From an uncultured Bacilli bacterium (GTDB taxonomy: Bacteria; Bacillota_I; Bacilli_A; RF39; UBA660), in assembly GCA_944371525.1 (NCBI GenBank), contig CALVXP010000003.1, positions 111 through 64,110 on the forward strand: DNA of 64,000 nt. Direction: 5' to 3'. The notes beneath the pieces were generated by a model. The model was not told the origin of the DNA and ran no database searches. It was given only the letters and a program-made list of their open reading frames with translations. Of this stretch, positions 1 through 11,242 are shown piece after piece. Both the position numbers and the translations under genes were made by a program. Positions within the stretch are counted from its first letter, which is position 1; each line of letters begins with the position of its first letter.

Positions 1-1095
1 AATATTTACAAGCACTCCATATAATATTGCACAAAGTGGTACACTTATAATCATTCCTATTATTCCAAAAGTAGAGGCTCCAATTGTTACGGCTACAAGT
101 ACCCAAATTCCTGGAAGTCCAACAGATTTTCCTACAACTTTTGGATATATTAAATTACCTTCAAATTGTTGTAATATTATAATAAATATAACAAATATTA
201 TAGCTTTAATTGGATCTATCATTAGAATTAAGAATGCTCCAATTATAGTTCCTATAAATGCTCCAAACATAGGAATTAATGCTGTAAAAGCTACTAATAC
301 AGAAATAGTTGGTGCATAAGGTATTCTAAGTATAATCATACCAATAAAGCATAAAACACCAATTATTAATGCTTCAACAAATTGACCTGATGCAAAATTA
401 TAAAATGCTTTATTAATTATCCCAACGACAGTATCTATTTTAACTATAATTTTTTTATCAAGAAAAGCTTTCATTACTTTATTTACTTGATAAGTAAATT
501 TTTCTTTTTGTGCTAAAATATATAATGCAAATACTAAAGCTATTACTCCGTTTACAATATATCCTACCACCTTAGTAGCCATATCAAATATTCTTTCTGC
601 AATTTCATCAGTATTTGTCATTACAAAACTAGTAGCTTTCTTTTGCACTTCATTTAATGTATCAGTTACCATTTTAATATTTTCTTCACTAAATTCTTTT
701 TCTTCTAAATAATTTTCAATTATTTCTGTATATTTAGGTAAACTTTCACTAAAGATTTCAACAGCATTTATAAATTCTGGAATTACCAGTTTAAATATTA
801 GTGATATTAAAGCTATTACTAATATCATAACTGACACTAAACATATAGGTCTTTTTAGTTTTTCACTTCTTTTAGTCTTCTTTTTAAATATTTTAGGATA
901 CACTTTTGTTTCAATTATTTTAAGTAAAATATTCAAAATAAAAGCTACACCTATTCCTATTATAAATGGCATAAACAATTTAAGAATGTATATAATTATT
1001 CCAAATATCATTTTTAAATTAAATAAAGCAAATATTAATACAATAGCATAAGTGACAATTAATAATAATTCTTTTGTTTTTTCATTTATTTTCAT
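1..1095 (-). CDS. AI-2E family (PerM/YtvI-like) transporter; the C-terminal end runs off the window
   Basis: Absent from the ORF track because there is no stop codon in the window. My translation from the ATG at 1093-1095 (GGGGGAG RBS just upstream) gives 365 uninterrupted codons. The product is a polytopic membrane protein containing ...LQQFEGNLIYPKVVGKSVGLPGIWVLVAV..., which is typical of AI-2E/PerM proteins. Confidence 0.75.
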   Translation of the reverse strand, partial: MKINEKTKELLLIVTYAIVLIFALFNLKMIFGIIIYILKLFMPFIIGIGVAFILNILLKIIETKVYPKIFKKKTKRSEKLKRPICLVSVMILVIALISLIFKLVIPEFINAVEIFSESLPKYTEIIENYLEEKEFSEENIKMVTDTLNEVQKKATSFVMTNTDEIAERIFDMATKVVGYIVNGVIALVFALYILAQKEKFTYQVNKVMKAFLDKKIIVKIDTVVGIINKAFYNFASGQFVEALIIGVLCFIGMIILRIPYAPTISVLVAFTALIPMFGAFIGTIIGAFLILMIDPIKAIIFVIFIIILQQFEGNLIYPKVVGKSVGLPGIWVLVAVTIGASTFGIIGMIISVPLCAILYGVLVNI

Positions 1096-1174
1096 ATTTA
1101 CTCCCCCATTAGTTTTATTATAACACAAGTTCTATTTATATAATAGCCAAAAAATGTAAAAAAATAACAAATAT

Positions 1175-1360
1175 CTATTTATTTGTTACTTTTTGTTCTC
1201 CTTTATAAAAACCACATTTTGGACATGCACGATGTGGTCTAATCATTTCACCACAATTAGGGCATTTTACTAATCCATTAGCAGTAATTTTATAATGAGT
1301 TCTTCTCATATCTCTTCTAGTTTTACTTACTTTTCTAAATGGAACTGCCATATTATTCAC
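1175..1360 (-). CDS. rpmF: 50S ribosomal protein L32 (zinc-ribbon form)
   Basis: MAVPFRKVSKTRRDMRRTH... with CPNCG...CPKCG. The size and the position beside yceD match the usual arrangement. Confidence 0.95.
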   Translation of the reverse strand: MNNMAVPFRKVSKTRRDMRRTHYKITANGLVKCPNCGEMIRPHRACPKCGFYKGEQKVTNK

Positions 1361-1859
1361 TCCTTCCTTTTGAATCTAATAATTTTTGCAAATCACTAAA
1401 TGGTGAATTGTTACTAGTGTTAACTTCATCTTCACTAATAAGTCGCCATCCATTTCCTTGGGTTGTTTTGTTTCTACTTTTATCGCCAACAACCTTTAAA
1501 GGAATTTCTACTATTATATTTTGCCATAAAAAAGGAAGAATATCAATAGTATTTTGCACAATTTCAATATTATTTTCATTATTTTCAATATTTTCTCCAA
1601 AATTTTCATCAATTTGGATTTCATAATTGTAATCTACATCTTCTAGTGTAATATCATCTGGAAGCACCATTGTACCACTTAATACTCCAACTAAAGAAAA
1701 TGTATCATCACTTATTCTTGTAATTTTACCTTTGAAATAAGTATTATTTAACTTTCTAATATTTGTATTAGATAAATCAAGTGAAGTTACATCTACATTT
1801 TTATCAATATCAATACATTCTTTTAAATTAGTTACTAAACTACTTAAATCAATAATCAT
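1353..1859 (-). CDS. yceD: YceD/DUF177 family protein (large-subunit accumulation factor)
   Basis: 168 aa, acidic, and overlaps the rpmF start. This is the conserved yceD-rpmF pairing. Confidence 0.8.
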   Translation of the reverse strand: MIIDLSSLVTNLKECIDIDKNVDVTSLDLSNTNIRKLNNTYFKGKITRISDDTFSLVGVLSGTMVLPDDITLEDVDYNYEIQIDENFGENIENNENNIEIVQNTIDILPFLWQNIIVEIPLKVVGDKSRNKTTQGNGWRLISEDEVNTSNNSPFSDLQKLLDSKGRSE

Positions 1860-1914
1860 AAAATCACCTGCTAGATAATTATATACTAAAATTAAAAAAA
1901 TAGCAAGATTTTAC

Positions 1915-1944
1915 ATAATAAAAGAACTAAATTTATTAGTTCTT
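1915..1944 (-). terminator. Putative intrinsic terminator downstream of the yhcG-like pseudogene
   Basis: On the minus strand, AAGAACTAA-TAAAT-TTAGTTCTT is followed by TTATTAT. The stem is 9 bp and the U-tract is weak. Confidence 0.35.
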
Positions 1945-2117
1945 CATCTATATTAAACGCGAGTAGCACGCGTACCCACGACTAATATATATTATGCTGG
2001 GTACTTTATAATGTATAATGATTTAGCTCAAATTTATATTTATACTTCCATATATAGTATATTATATTTTTAAATATTTATTACACAATATAAGAATAAC
2101 TGTTCAAAAGGTATAAT

Positions 2118-2998
2118 TTACAATAATTCATATTCCCTAGATAGTATCCTATCATCACTACAATATTCCATTATAAATTTATTATCTTTTTTACAAATAA
2201 TTATTCCTATAGTTTTATCTTGGTAAATTTTTCTTAAATTATTATCTATATAATTCATATATACTTGTATTTGGCCTATATATTCTTTCTTTAATTCAGT
2301 TACTTTTAGTTCTACAACTACATAACAATTAAATTCTATATTATATAGAAATAAATCTATATAATTATAACTATTACCAATTTTAATTTTATATTCATTG
2401 CAATATAACTAAAATTATTTCCCAATTCTAATAAAAAATTATCTATGTCTTCTAATATTAACTGTTTTAATACCTTTTCTGATATTTTATTATAATTATA
2501 ACTATTTTTTATTAATATTGGATTTTTTACAAAATCTTCTATTTTAAATTTGTCTTTTTTAATTATTTTATTTCTAGTATCTTTAGGTAATCTCTCATAT
2601 TCTTGAGATTTTATTTTTTCTCTAAGTTGTCTTGTAGTCATGTTTAAAATTTCGCACTGATATATATAATATTTTATTTTTTCTATATCTTTAACTGATA
2701 ATAATTCAATCCAGTGACCCCACGATAAATTTGCAGTCAATGACTGCATTTTTTGAAATCGATAATATTTCAGCATATAACTTAAGCTTCTATAACTATA
2801 CTTTTTTCCTAATTCTACTGTCAATTTCTTTGAATATTCTTTTATTATGCCTTCACCATAATGTTTTCCAGCTGCTGCAAGTAATTTACCAATATTGTAA
2901 TAAGTTTGTAAATCACTTTTATTCTTACTATAATCTTTTATTTTTTTAGTAATTTCATTATTTATTATTTGCCTCTTTATTTCATTATAATAATTCAT
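2118..2998 (-). pseudogene. YhcG/DUF1016-family PD-(D/E)XK nuclease with the frame broken at a T4/A4 run (2381-2384)
   Basis: The track ORF 2357..2998 ends ...ELGNNFSYIAMNIKLKLVIVIII*. The adjacent frame continues IGNSYNYIDLFLYNIEFNCYVVVELKVTELKKEYIGQIQVYMNYIDNNLRKIYQDKTIGIIICKK...REYELL*, with its stop at 2118-2120. That continuation carries the D...E-x-K core. Confidence 0.75.
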
Positions 2999-3008
2999 TA
3001 AACCTCCT

Positions 3009-5090
3009 TTATGTTATATTAGTATCTATTTTTAAACTACTACTATTAATTTTACATATAATACTCCCATCTATATCAGTCCTATAAATAATTGTATCTT
3101 TTAAATTATTTAATACTTCATCATTGGGATGACCATACCAATTGTTTTTGCCAACTGATATAATACTATATTTAGGATTTATCTTATCTATAAAATATTT
3201 ACTAGAACTTGTATTACTACCATGATGCCCTACTTTTAATACATCAATATTTTTAAGATTATATTTTTTTATAATATCATTTTCTCTATCTATTCCAGAA
3301 TCTCCCATAAATAAGAATTTTATATTATTATAATTTAAATATATAACACTAGAGTTATCATTTTCATTATTATATTCTCTAGTATTCAAAAAATATAATG
3401 TATTATCATCTATATTTAAACTTTTTATATTTTGATAATATTTAATATCTTTTTCTTTTAATAAATTAATTAATTCAAGTTCTAAATCATTATAATTGCC
3501 AATATTAAATATAACTTTATTAACTTTAAATTCGTTAACTAAATTAATAGATTCCCCCATATGATCATAGTCACCATGAGTAATAATTACATAGTCTAGA
3601 CTAGTTATTCCAATACTTTTTAAATATGGAATAGTTTTGTTTTTAGTAATACTATAACTAGTATTGTATATTCCCCCTGTATCTATTAATATATTTCCTT
3701 TATTATATGGAAAACTTATTAATATAGAGTCACCTTGTCCAACATCTAAAAAAGTTACATTCATGATTGGATAAATGTATCTATAACATTTATGGAATAA
3801 TACTAGTAGAATTAAAAACAATAAATATTTTCTCTTATAGAAAGAAATATAAATTAATATATAGTAAAAAATAACAACAAGTATATTAGGTTTAGAAAAT
3901 ACAATTTTTGTAAATTCTATTTTATCTATATTTATAGAAATAAATTCTAAAAATTTAATTAACATATATAAAATATTATCTAAAAAAGGAAAAATAAAAG
4001 TTATTATTGAAAGTGGAAATATAATAATACTAACAAGTGGAATTACTATAACATTTAGTGGTATCGATATAATATTTACCTGATAAAAATTATAAATGGT
4101 TATAGGAAAAGATACTATAAAAGCAATATAAGATATGTACAAACTTTTTAAAATATAACTATTAATTTTCTTTATTTTATCTCTTAAAATTATTAATGTA
4201 AAACTAATAATATATGAATATTGAAAACCTATATCATAAATAATAAATGGATTTATAACAATGCAGATTACTAATACAAATAACATTAAATCAATACTTT
4301 CTATCTTTAAATTAAATAATTTATTAATAGCAAATAATATATACATAACAATAGTTCTAAGTACTGATGCAATCATTCCTAATAGAAAAGTATATATAAG
4401 TAAAAATGTAATGACTATTCCATAATTATAATAATTATTATAAGATATCCTTTTTATTAGATAAAATAAAATTCCTGAGATTAAACTAATATGCATTCCT
4501 GATATTGAAAATAAATGGGATATTCCATTATCTCTATATGTATTATTAATATTATCATCCATATATGATTTATCTCCTAGAATAAAGGTTTGTAAATATG
4601 AACTACTATTAGTTATATTATTTATTCTATTAGAAATAATATTTTTTATATAATATATTAAACTTGTATTATTTTCTACTTTTTTTATTTTATCTATGTT
4701 TAATAAATAATATATTTTTTTATTATATAAATATTCTTTATAATTAAAAGTATTTGGCACTGTATTACTACTAAGTTCAACTAACTCCCCTTTTATTTCA
4801 ATTATATCGCCTATTTTTATATCATTATATTCTTTATTATTTTTATAATAGTGTGTTGCTTTTAATAGTTCTTTCCCTTTTACTAACATACTTATTTTAT
4901 CTTCATCTTTTTCTATTTCTAATACCTTAACTAAAAATGTATTATCAATTATATTATATTTACTTTGATAAGTAATACATTTAGTTACAACAATAACATA
5001 AATTACACTTAATAAAAATATTATTTTAAATAAATATCTAGACCGTAATATATGCTTTAATCTGTTCATAAATTGCAGTCCCAATACCAT
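3009..5090 (-). CDS. comEC: DNA internalisation competence protein ComEC/Rec2 with a C-terminal metallo-beta-lactamase domain
   Basis: A polytopic membrane core is followed by LDVGQGDSILI...VIITHGDYDHMG...KVGHHGS. The gene lies downstream of comEA. Confidence 0.9.
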   Translation of the reverse strand: MVLGLQFMNRLKHILRSRYLFKIIFLLSVIYVIVVTKCITYQSKYNIIDNTFLVKVLEIEKDEDKISMLVKGKELLKATHYYKNNKEYNDIKIGDIIEIKGELVELSSNTVPNTFNYKEYLYNKKIYYLLNIDKIKKVENNTSLIYYIKNIISNRINNITNSSSYLQTFILGDKSYMDDNINNTYRDNGISHLFSISGMHISLISGILFYLIKRISYNNYYNYGIVITFLLIYTFLLGMIASVLRTIVMYILFAINKLFNLKIESIDLMLFVLVICIVINPFIIYDIGFQYSYIISFTLIILRDKIKKINSYILKSLYISYIAFIVSFPITIYNFYQVNIISIPLNVIVIPLVSIIIFPLSIITFIFPFLDNILYMLIKFLEFISINIDKIEFTKIVFSKPNILVVIFYYILIYISFYKRKYLLFLILLVLFHKCYRYIYPIMNVTFLDVGQGDSILISFPYNKGNILIDTGGIYNTSYSITKNKTIPYLKSIGITSLDYVIITHGDYDHMGESINLVNEFKVNKVIFNIGNYNDLELELINLLKEKDIKYYQNIKSLNIDDNTLYFLNTREYNNENDNSSVIYLNYNNIKFLFMGDSGIDRENDIIKKYNLKNIDVLKVGHHGSNTSSSKYFIDKINPKYSIISVGKNNWYGHPNDEVLNNLKDTIIYRTDIDGSIICKINSSSLKIDTNIT

Positions 5091-5766
5091 TTACATTAAG
5101 TATTTCTTCAATAGACCCAAATTTACCATTAATATTTCTATAATCAATTATATTTTGAGCTTTGCTAGATCCTATTCCTGGTAAACTATCTAACTCATCA
5201 ATACTAGCAGTATTAATGTTTACTATTGATATTTCTTCAATTTTATTTTCTCCTTCAATGATTTCATTATTACCAGTACTTGTTTCTCCTTCTATAACCG
5301 CATCATTTTTTATATCAGGAAATAATATTTCTTTATCAGTAATTATATTATCATAATTAATTTCTTCCCCATTTAACATTTTTTCTACTTCTTCTTTAGT
5401 ATAAATAATTATTACCATTTCATCAAAAACTTTTTTAGATAAATTAATTACAGTAATGTCAGAGCTTTCAAGTAATCCTCCGGCCATATCTATTACATCA
5501 ATTACTCTAGTATTATCAGTACCAATGTATACCCCAGGATTTGTTATTGCACCTTTAATATCTACTTTATATTCTGAAGTCTCTTCTTTAACTTTGTCAT
5601 CATTTTCATAACTAAATATTTCATTATCTATATTTAGTTCTTTATCTTTATTCAAATTAATTTTAATAATTATTACTAACATAATTATTAAAAAAATTAA
5701 AATAGTTGTAATTAAATATTTGTATTTTTTTATTAATTTCATACTCCTCCTTTCTTCGTCCTCCAT
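5038..5766 (-). CDS. comEA: ComEA-like DNA receptor (N-terminal anchor, SLBB-like region, C-terminal helix-hairpin-helix)
   Basis: The C-terminus is NINTASIDELDSLPGIGSSKAQNIIDYRNINGKFGSIEEILNVNGIG. It has a single N-terminal TM segment. Confidence 0.85.
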   Translation of the reverse strand: MEDEERRSMKLIKKYKYLITTILIFLIIMLVIIIKINLNKDKELNIDNEIFSYENDDKVKEETSEYKVDIKGAITNPGVYIGTDNTRVIDVIDMAGGLLESSDITVINLSKKVFDEMVIIIYTKEEVEKMLNGEEINYDNIITDKEILFPDIKNDAVIEGETSTGNNEIIEGENKIEEISIVNINTASIDELDSLPGIGSSKAQNIIDYRNINGKFGSIEEILNVNGIGTAIYEQIKAYITV

Positions 5767-5853
5767 ATATATTATAGATAAAAAAAAGAAGCAATTACTT
5801 CTTTTGATTAAAATTAATTCACCATTTATTAAAATTAATTCAAAAAAAAAGAA

Positions 5854-8166
5854 TTAACAGTTAATTCCTTTAACTTTTAATTCTTCTAATTCTTTATCAT
5901 CATCTTTTTTCTTTGGAGCTTTAATATTCTTTTTTTCTAAATATAACCAAATTTGATTAGAAATAAATACTGAAGAATATAAACCAGCGATGAATCCTAT
6001 TAAAAGTGCTATATTAAAGTTTATTATTTCTTTTGCTCCAAATAACATTAAACTAATTACTGGAAGTATAGTTGTTACTGTTGTTAAAATATTTCTAAAT
6101 AATGTAAGCCTAATAGAATCATCGACTATTTCTTCTAATTCACTATCTTTAGGTAATCTATTTTTAAATTTGCTATTATATTTTTCTCTTATCATATCAA
6201 AAGTTACTATTGTAGCATTTATTGAGTATCCAATAATTGTTAAGATTGCCGCAATAAATATTGAAGTAATTTCTATATTAAATAACCCAAAGAATAATAT
6301 TACAATACATACATCATGAATAAGAGCAATAACACCTGATACAGCATAATTAAATTTAAATCTAAAACTAATATATAAAATTATTCCAAGAGAAGCAATT
6401 AATAAAGACATTATAGCATTCTTAGTAAGTTCTTGCTTTACTATTTGGCTAACTACATATATATCAGCTGTAGTATTATAATCATTAGTTAAATTACTAT
6501 TTAAAGCATTTATTTCTTCTTTATTTAATACTTCATCTATTATTATTGTATAACTACTATTTGTTTTTTCTTCTTTTTTAAATGTATAATCTTTAGTTAT
6601 TTCTTCTTTTATTTCATTTATATTAGTATCATTATTAGTATTTACAGTAATATTAGTACCACCGGTAAAATCTACTCCTAGGTTAAATCCCGTAAATATT
6701 ATTCCGATTACAGATATTAATACAACTGCAAAAGTTATACCAAAATATATTTTTCTATTTTTATAGAATTGCATCTTTTTAAATGGAACATGAACTTCAT
6801 CACTTTTAACTATTTGTTTTTTCTTAACTCCAATAAATAACCATAATTTATTATTAAAGAATTTTGACTTAACAAATAAACCTAATATAAATCTTGCAAA
6901 GAATATCATTATAATAACTGTTACTATTATATTAATAATAAGCATAGTTGCAAATCCTTTAACAGAACTTTGTCCAAATATAAATAATATAATGGCTGCA
7001 ATTATTGTTGTTAAGTTAGCATCAATAATACTTGTAAATGATGATTTATTACCTATAAGGAATGCTTCTTTTAAAGTAGCACCTCTTTTTAATTGTTCTT
7101 TTATTCTTTCATAACTAATGACTGAAGCATCTACTGCCATTCCTATTCCTAAAAGCATTGCAGCAATTCCAGGAAGAGTTAATACTCCTTCAATTAGATA
7201 AAATATCAAAAATGATAGTATTGCATAAATTACAATATTCATACTAGCAATAAGTCCTGAAAATTTATATATAATAGTCATTAATACACATACAAGTGCA
7301 ACGCCAATAAAACCTGCGATCATTGTATTTGTAAGTGATGCACTACCATAAGTTGCTTCTACTGTTCTTGATGATATTTCTTCTAATTTTGTAGGAAGTG
7401 CTCCTGAATTAATAAGTTCTACTAGACTCTTTGCTTCTTCTTCGGTAAAGTTACCTTGAATAATTACATCTGATGCAAAGGCTTCATTTACTGTAGCAGC
7501 TGACAAACACTTGGAATTACTAAGTGATCCACAATTATCTTTTTCTTTTAAATAACTATCTTCATTAACATCATAATCTAACCATATAACGATAACATTA
7601 TTAGTCATATCTTTTACTTTATTAGTAACTTCATAAAAAGTATCTTTATCTTTAATAGATAAACTAACGGCTGGTTTTCCGTATTGGTCAGTTGTTACTT
7701 TAGCATTTCCCCCTAAAACAGAAGAAGTCATAAGTAAATTATCTGATGAATCTCTAAAGGAAAGTACTGCTGTTGAAGATATTGTTTCTCTTGCTTCTTC
7801 AACATTTTTAACACCTGCTAAACGAATTCTTATATGATTTTCTCCCTCAATAGTAATTTCTGGTTCACTAACACCTAATATATCAATTCTTTTTAATATT
7901 GCTTTATAAGTGTTATATACCATATCACTATCTAATTCTTGTCCTTCTTCAAGTGGACTTACTTCATATAAAACTTCAAATCCTCCTTGTAAGTCTAACC
8001 CATAATTTAAATTATTAAAAAGTGGCTTATAAGATAATACACAAGAAGATACTATACCTATACATCCAATAATTCCTAATACAAATTTAACATTCTTATT
8101 CTTAATTTTAGCCATTACTATAAATAAAATAATGGCTACTACCAATATCCCTATTATAATTTCCAT
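5854..8166 (-). CDS. secDF: Fused protein-export membrane protein SecDF
   Basis: 770 aa. Two SecD/SecF-type TM bundles are present (LDLQGGFEVLYEV..., GVDFTGGTNITV...). Confidence 0.9.
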   Translation of the reverse strand: MEIIIGILVVAIILFIVMAKIKNKNVKFVLGIIGCIGIVSSCVLSYKPLFNNLNYGLDLQGGFEVLYEVSPLEEGQELDSDMVYNTYKAILKRIDILGVSEPEITIEGENHIRIRLAGVKNVEEARETISSTAVLSFRDSSDNLLMTSSVLGGNAKVTTDQYGKPAVSLSIKDKDTFYEVTNKVKDMTNNVIVIWLDYDVNEDSYLKEKDNCGSLSNSKCLSAATVNEAFASDVIIQGNFTEEEAKSLVELINSGALPTKLEEISSRTVEATYGSASLTNTMIAGFIGVALVCVLMTIIYKFSGLIASMNIVIYAILSFLIFYLIEGVLTLPGIAAMLLGIGMAVDASVISYERIKEQLKRGATLKEAFLIGNKSSFTSIIDANLTTIIAAIILFIFGQSSVKGFATMLIINIIVTVIIMIFFARFILGLFVKSKFFNNKLWLFIGVKKKQIVKSDEVHVPFKKMQFYKNRKIYFGITFAVVLISVIGIIFTGFNLGVDFTGGTNITVNTNNDTNINEIKEEITKDYTFKKEEKTNSSYTIIIDEVLNKEEINALNSNLTNDYNTTADIYVVSQIVKQELTKNAIMSLLIASLGIILYISFRFKFNYAVSGVIALIHDVCIVILFFGLFNIEITSIFIAAILTIIGYSINATIVTFDMIREKYNSKFKNRLPKDSELEEIVDDSIRLTLFRNILTTVTTILPVISLMLFGAKEIINFNIALLIGFIAGLYSSVFISNQIWLYLEKKNIKAPKKKDDDKELEELKVKGINC

Positions 8167-8180
8167 AATTTTACTCCTTA

Positions 8181-8441
8181 CTATAATATTTCTTTTTCTT
8201 CTTTATTTAATTTATCTTTTAAATATCTATCAATCATTTTTTCTTCAACATTAATAATATCATTAACCATTTCTGATATACATAAATTAACATCATTACA
8301 CCATTTATTAGTTCTTAAATAATTCCATATATCTTCTTTTTTTATATAACTATATTCACTATTTCTAATAATTCGCATTTTAACATTTAAAGCAGGTACT
8401 AATGCTAAATATAGTTCTTTTTGACTTTTATATTCATCCAT
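8181..8441 (-). CDS. Small post-transcriptional-regulator-like protein (ComN/YrzD-like)
   Basis: 86 aa, sitting between secDF and the divergent spoVB-like gene as in Bacillus. The sequence resemblance is only loosely recognised. Confidence 0.5.
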   Translation of the reverse strand: MDEYKSQKELYLALVPALNVKMRIIRNSEYSYIKKEDIWNYLRTNKWCNDVNLCISEMVNDIINVEEKMIDRYLKDKLNKEEKEIL

Positions 8442-8562
8442 ACTTATTCACCAATAACATTATATACTATTTTAGTTATTTTTAAAAGACTTTAATTTTA
8501 TTTTATTTATTGTGTATTGCTATTTTTTTCTCTACTATTTCATATATTTAATTGGTGATACA

Positions 8563-9858
8563 ATGAAAAGTAAATTTATTAAATCTACTATTATCCTAAT
8601 AATTGGAGGCTTTATTACTAAAATACTTAGTATGGTAATTAGAATTGTTTTAACTAGAGTTGTATCTACTGAAGGTATTGGACTATATATGTTAGTTCTA
8701 CCTACTTTTAATTTATTTATAACTTTATCTACTTTAGGTCTTCCTACTTCTATATCAAAACTTGTTAGTGAAAACACTAGAAGTAATAAAAAAATAGTAT
8801 TATCTACTATTCCTATTACTCTAGTATTTAATATAATTTTAATGTTTATTTTATTTATAATTGCACCATTTTTATCAAAATATTTAATTAATAATACTGA
8901 CACTTATTATCCAATTATGGCTATTGGGTTAACTCTTCCATTTATATGTTTATCTGGAATATTAAAAGGTTATTTCTTTGGTAAAGAGCAAATGTTTCCT
9001 CATACTTTATCTAATATAGTAGAACAAATAGTAAGACTCTTATTAACTATATTCTTTATTCCTAGTTTACTTAAATATGGGTTAAATATTGCTATTACCG
9101 GTGTTGTATTAATTAATATAGTTAGTGAATTTGCTAGTTCTATTACAATGTTATTTTTTATGCCTAAACATGTAAAAATTAGTAAAGAAGACTTTAAATA
9201 TAATAAATATATTGTTAAAGATTTACTTAGTATTAGCATTCCCACTACTTCATCAAGATTTATTGGATCTATTTCTTACTTTTTAGAGCCTATTATTTTA
9301 TCATTTGTACTACTTAGTGTGGGATACTCTAATGAATATATTACTTTTGAATATGGAATAATTAATGGTTATGTATTTCCTATTCTACTTCTTCCATCAT
9401 TCTTTACAATGGCTATATCTAATGCCCTACTCCCTGTCGTATCTAATTCTTACTCTCATAGAAATTATACTTATACTAAAAGCAAGATTAAACAAGCAAT
9501 TATGTTTTCTTTATTAATAGGTATTCCTTGTACATTAATATTTATATTTATTCCTGAAGTACCTTTAAAATTTATCTATAATACTACTTTAGGCATTAAC
9601 TACATAAAAATAATTGCTCCATTCTTTATTCTTCATTATATCCAAGCACCACTTACTTCAACATTACTTGCTATGGGTAAAGCAAAAGATGCCATGTATG
9701 GAACTTTAATTGGTAGTATTATTAGAACTATATTACTAGGAGTCATCTCTTACCTAAAAGTAGGAATATGGGGGCTTATTGTTGCTTCTATATCTAATGT
9801 ATTATTCGTAACAATTCATCATATTTATTATGTAAATAAATATTTAAAAAAGGGATAA
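8563..9858 (+). CDS. MOP-superfamily flippase (SpoVB / polysaccharide biosynthesis protein family)
   Basis: The protein is polytopic, about 14 TM by eye. The start is moved to the ATG at 8563, which follows a GGTGA RBS. The upstream extension in the track is low-complexity. Confidence 0.7.
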   Translation: MKSKFIKSTIILIIGGFITKILSMVIRIVLTRVVSTEGIGLYMLVLPTFNLFITLSTLGLPTSISKLVSENTRSNKKIVLSTIPITLVFNIILMFILFIIAPFLSKYLINNTDTYYPIMAIGLTLPFICLSGILKGYFFGKEQMFPHTLSNIVEQIVRLLLTIFFIPSLLKYGLNIAITGVVLINIVSEFASSITMLFFMPKHVKISKEDFKYNKYIVKDLLSISIPTTSSRFIGSISYFLEPIILSFVLLSVGYSNEYITFEYGIINGYVFPILLLPSFFTMAISNALLPVVSNSYSHRNYTYTKSKIKQAIMFSLLIGIPCTLIFIFIPEVPLKFIYNTTLGINYIKIIAPFFILHYIQAPLTSTLLAMGKAKDAMYGTLIGSIIRTILLGVISYLKVGIWGLIVASISNVLFVTIHHIYYVNKYLKKG

Positions 9859-9868
9859 TAATTATCCC

Positions 9869-11242
9869 TTAAAATTCAATATTCTTTCTTATATAATCCT
9901 CTATTTCATCTAAGTTTAGGGTAATTTGTTTCATAGTATCCCTTTCTCTTATGGTTACAGTTCCTTCATTTAATGTATTATCATCTATTGTTATACAGTA
10001 TGGAGTACCTATCATATCTTGTCTTCTATATCTTTTACCGATAGAAGCTGTTTCATCATAAGATACCATAAAATGTTTAGATAATTTCTTATATACTTCT
10101 TTTGCTTTTTCTGTATGAAATTTCTTAACTAAAGGAAGTACCGCTACTTTATATGGAGCAAGATATGGATGTATTTTTAATACTTCTCTTTCACTTCCAT
10201 CTTCTAATGTTTCAACATTATATGCTTCACATAATACTGTTAAGAATAATCTTTCTACTCCTAAAGAAGGTTCTATTACATAAGGAATATATTTTTCATT
10301 AGTTTCCGGATCTAAATATTCTTGACTTACATTAGAATATTTCTGATGTTGTGATAAATCATAATTAGTTCTACTTGCTATTCCCCATAATTCTCCAAAA
10401 CCAAATGGGAATAAATATTCAATATCAGTAGTAGCATTACTGTAAAAACATAATTCTTCTTTAGAGTGATCTCTAAGTCTTAAATGTTCTTCACTAATAC
10501 CTAGACTAATTAAGAAATTTTTACAATATTCTTTATAATGTTTAAACCAATCAAGTTCTGTACCTGGTTTACAGAAAAATTCAAGTTCCATTTGTTCAAA
10601 CTCTCTAACTCTAAATATAAAGTTTCCTGGTGTTATTTCATTTCTAAAACTTTTACCTACTTGCGCTATTCCAAAAGGCACTTTTAATCTCATACTTCTT
10701 TGTACACTTAAAAAGTTAGCAAATATACCTTGAGCAGTTTCTGGTCTTAAATATATTGTACTTTTAGAGTCTTCTGTTACTCCTTGAAAAGTCTTAAACA
10801 TTAAATTAAATTGTCTTATATCAGTATAATCTAATTTACCACAATTAGGACATACTATATTATGTTCTTTTATATAATTGATTAATTCTTCATTAGACAT
10901 ACCACCAGCATCAATATGATCATGGTCTTCAATTAATTTATCTGCTCTATGTCTTGTTTTACAATGCTTACAATCAATTAAAGGATCTGAAAAAGTAGTT
11001 AAATGTCCGCTTGCTTCCCATACTTTAGGATTCATAAGTATTGCTGAATCAAGACCAACATTATTTTCATCTTCTTGAACAAATTTCTTTAACCAAGCAT
11101 TTTTTAAATTATTCTTAATAAGCATACCTATTGGTCCATAATCCCAAGTATTAGATAACCCTCCATATATTTCGCTTCCTTGGAATATAATTCCATTTTG
11201 CTTGCAATAACTAACAAGCTTTTCCATAGTTAATTTTTCCAT
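9869..11242 (-). CDS. glyQS: Glycine--tRNA ligase (alpha2 GlyQS type)
   Basis: [18 protein letters not shown]...[11 protein letters not shown]...[11 protein letters not shown]...PSLGVERL. The start is set at the ATG at 11240-11242, behind an AAGGAAGGA RBS. The track start is a TTG inside the leader. Confidence 0.93.
   Translation of the reverse strand: MEKLTMEKLVSYCKQNGIIFQGSEIYGGLSNTWDYGPIGMLIKNNLKNAWLKKFVQEDENNVGLDSAILMNPKVWEASGHLTTFSDPLIDCKHCKTRHRADKLIEDHDHIDAGGMSNEELINYIKEHNIVCPNCGKLDYTDIRQFNLMFKTFQGVTEDSKSTIYLRPETAQGIFANFLSVQRSMRLKVPFGIAQVGKSFRNEITPGNFIFRVREFEQMELEFFCKPGTELDWFKHYKEYCKNFLISLGISEEHLRLRDHSKEELCFYSNATTDIEYLFPFGFGELWGIASRTNYDLSQHQKYSNVSQEYLDPETNEKYIPYVIEPSLGVERLFLTVLCEAYNVETLEDGSEREVLKIHPYLAPYKVAVLPLVKKFHTEKAKEVYKKLSKHFMVSYDETASIGKRYRRQDMIGTPYCITIDDNTLNEGTVTIRERDTMKQITLNLDEIEDYIRKNIEF

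Noticed and set aside
1955-2015. A short GC-rich patch with small palindromes (CGCG-AGTAGCA-CGCG; GTACCCA...TGGGTAC) between yceD and the yhcG-like pseudogene.
   Set aside because: The stems are only 4-7 bp. There is no adjacent promoter or terminator logic and no resemblance to an RNA family I know. It stands out only by composition, which is too little to support a feature.
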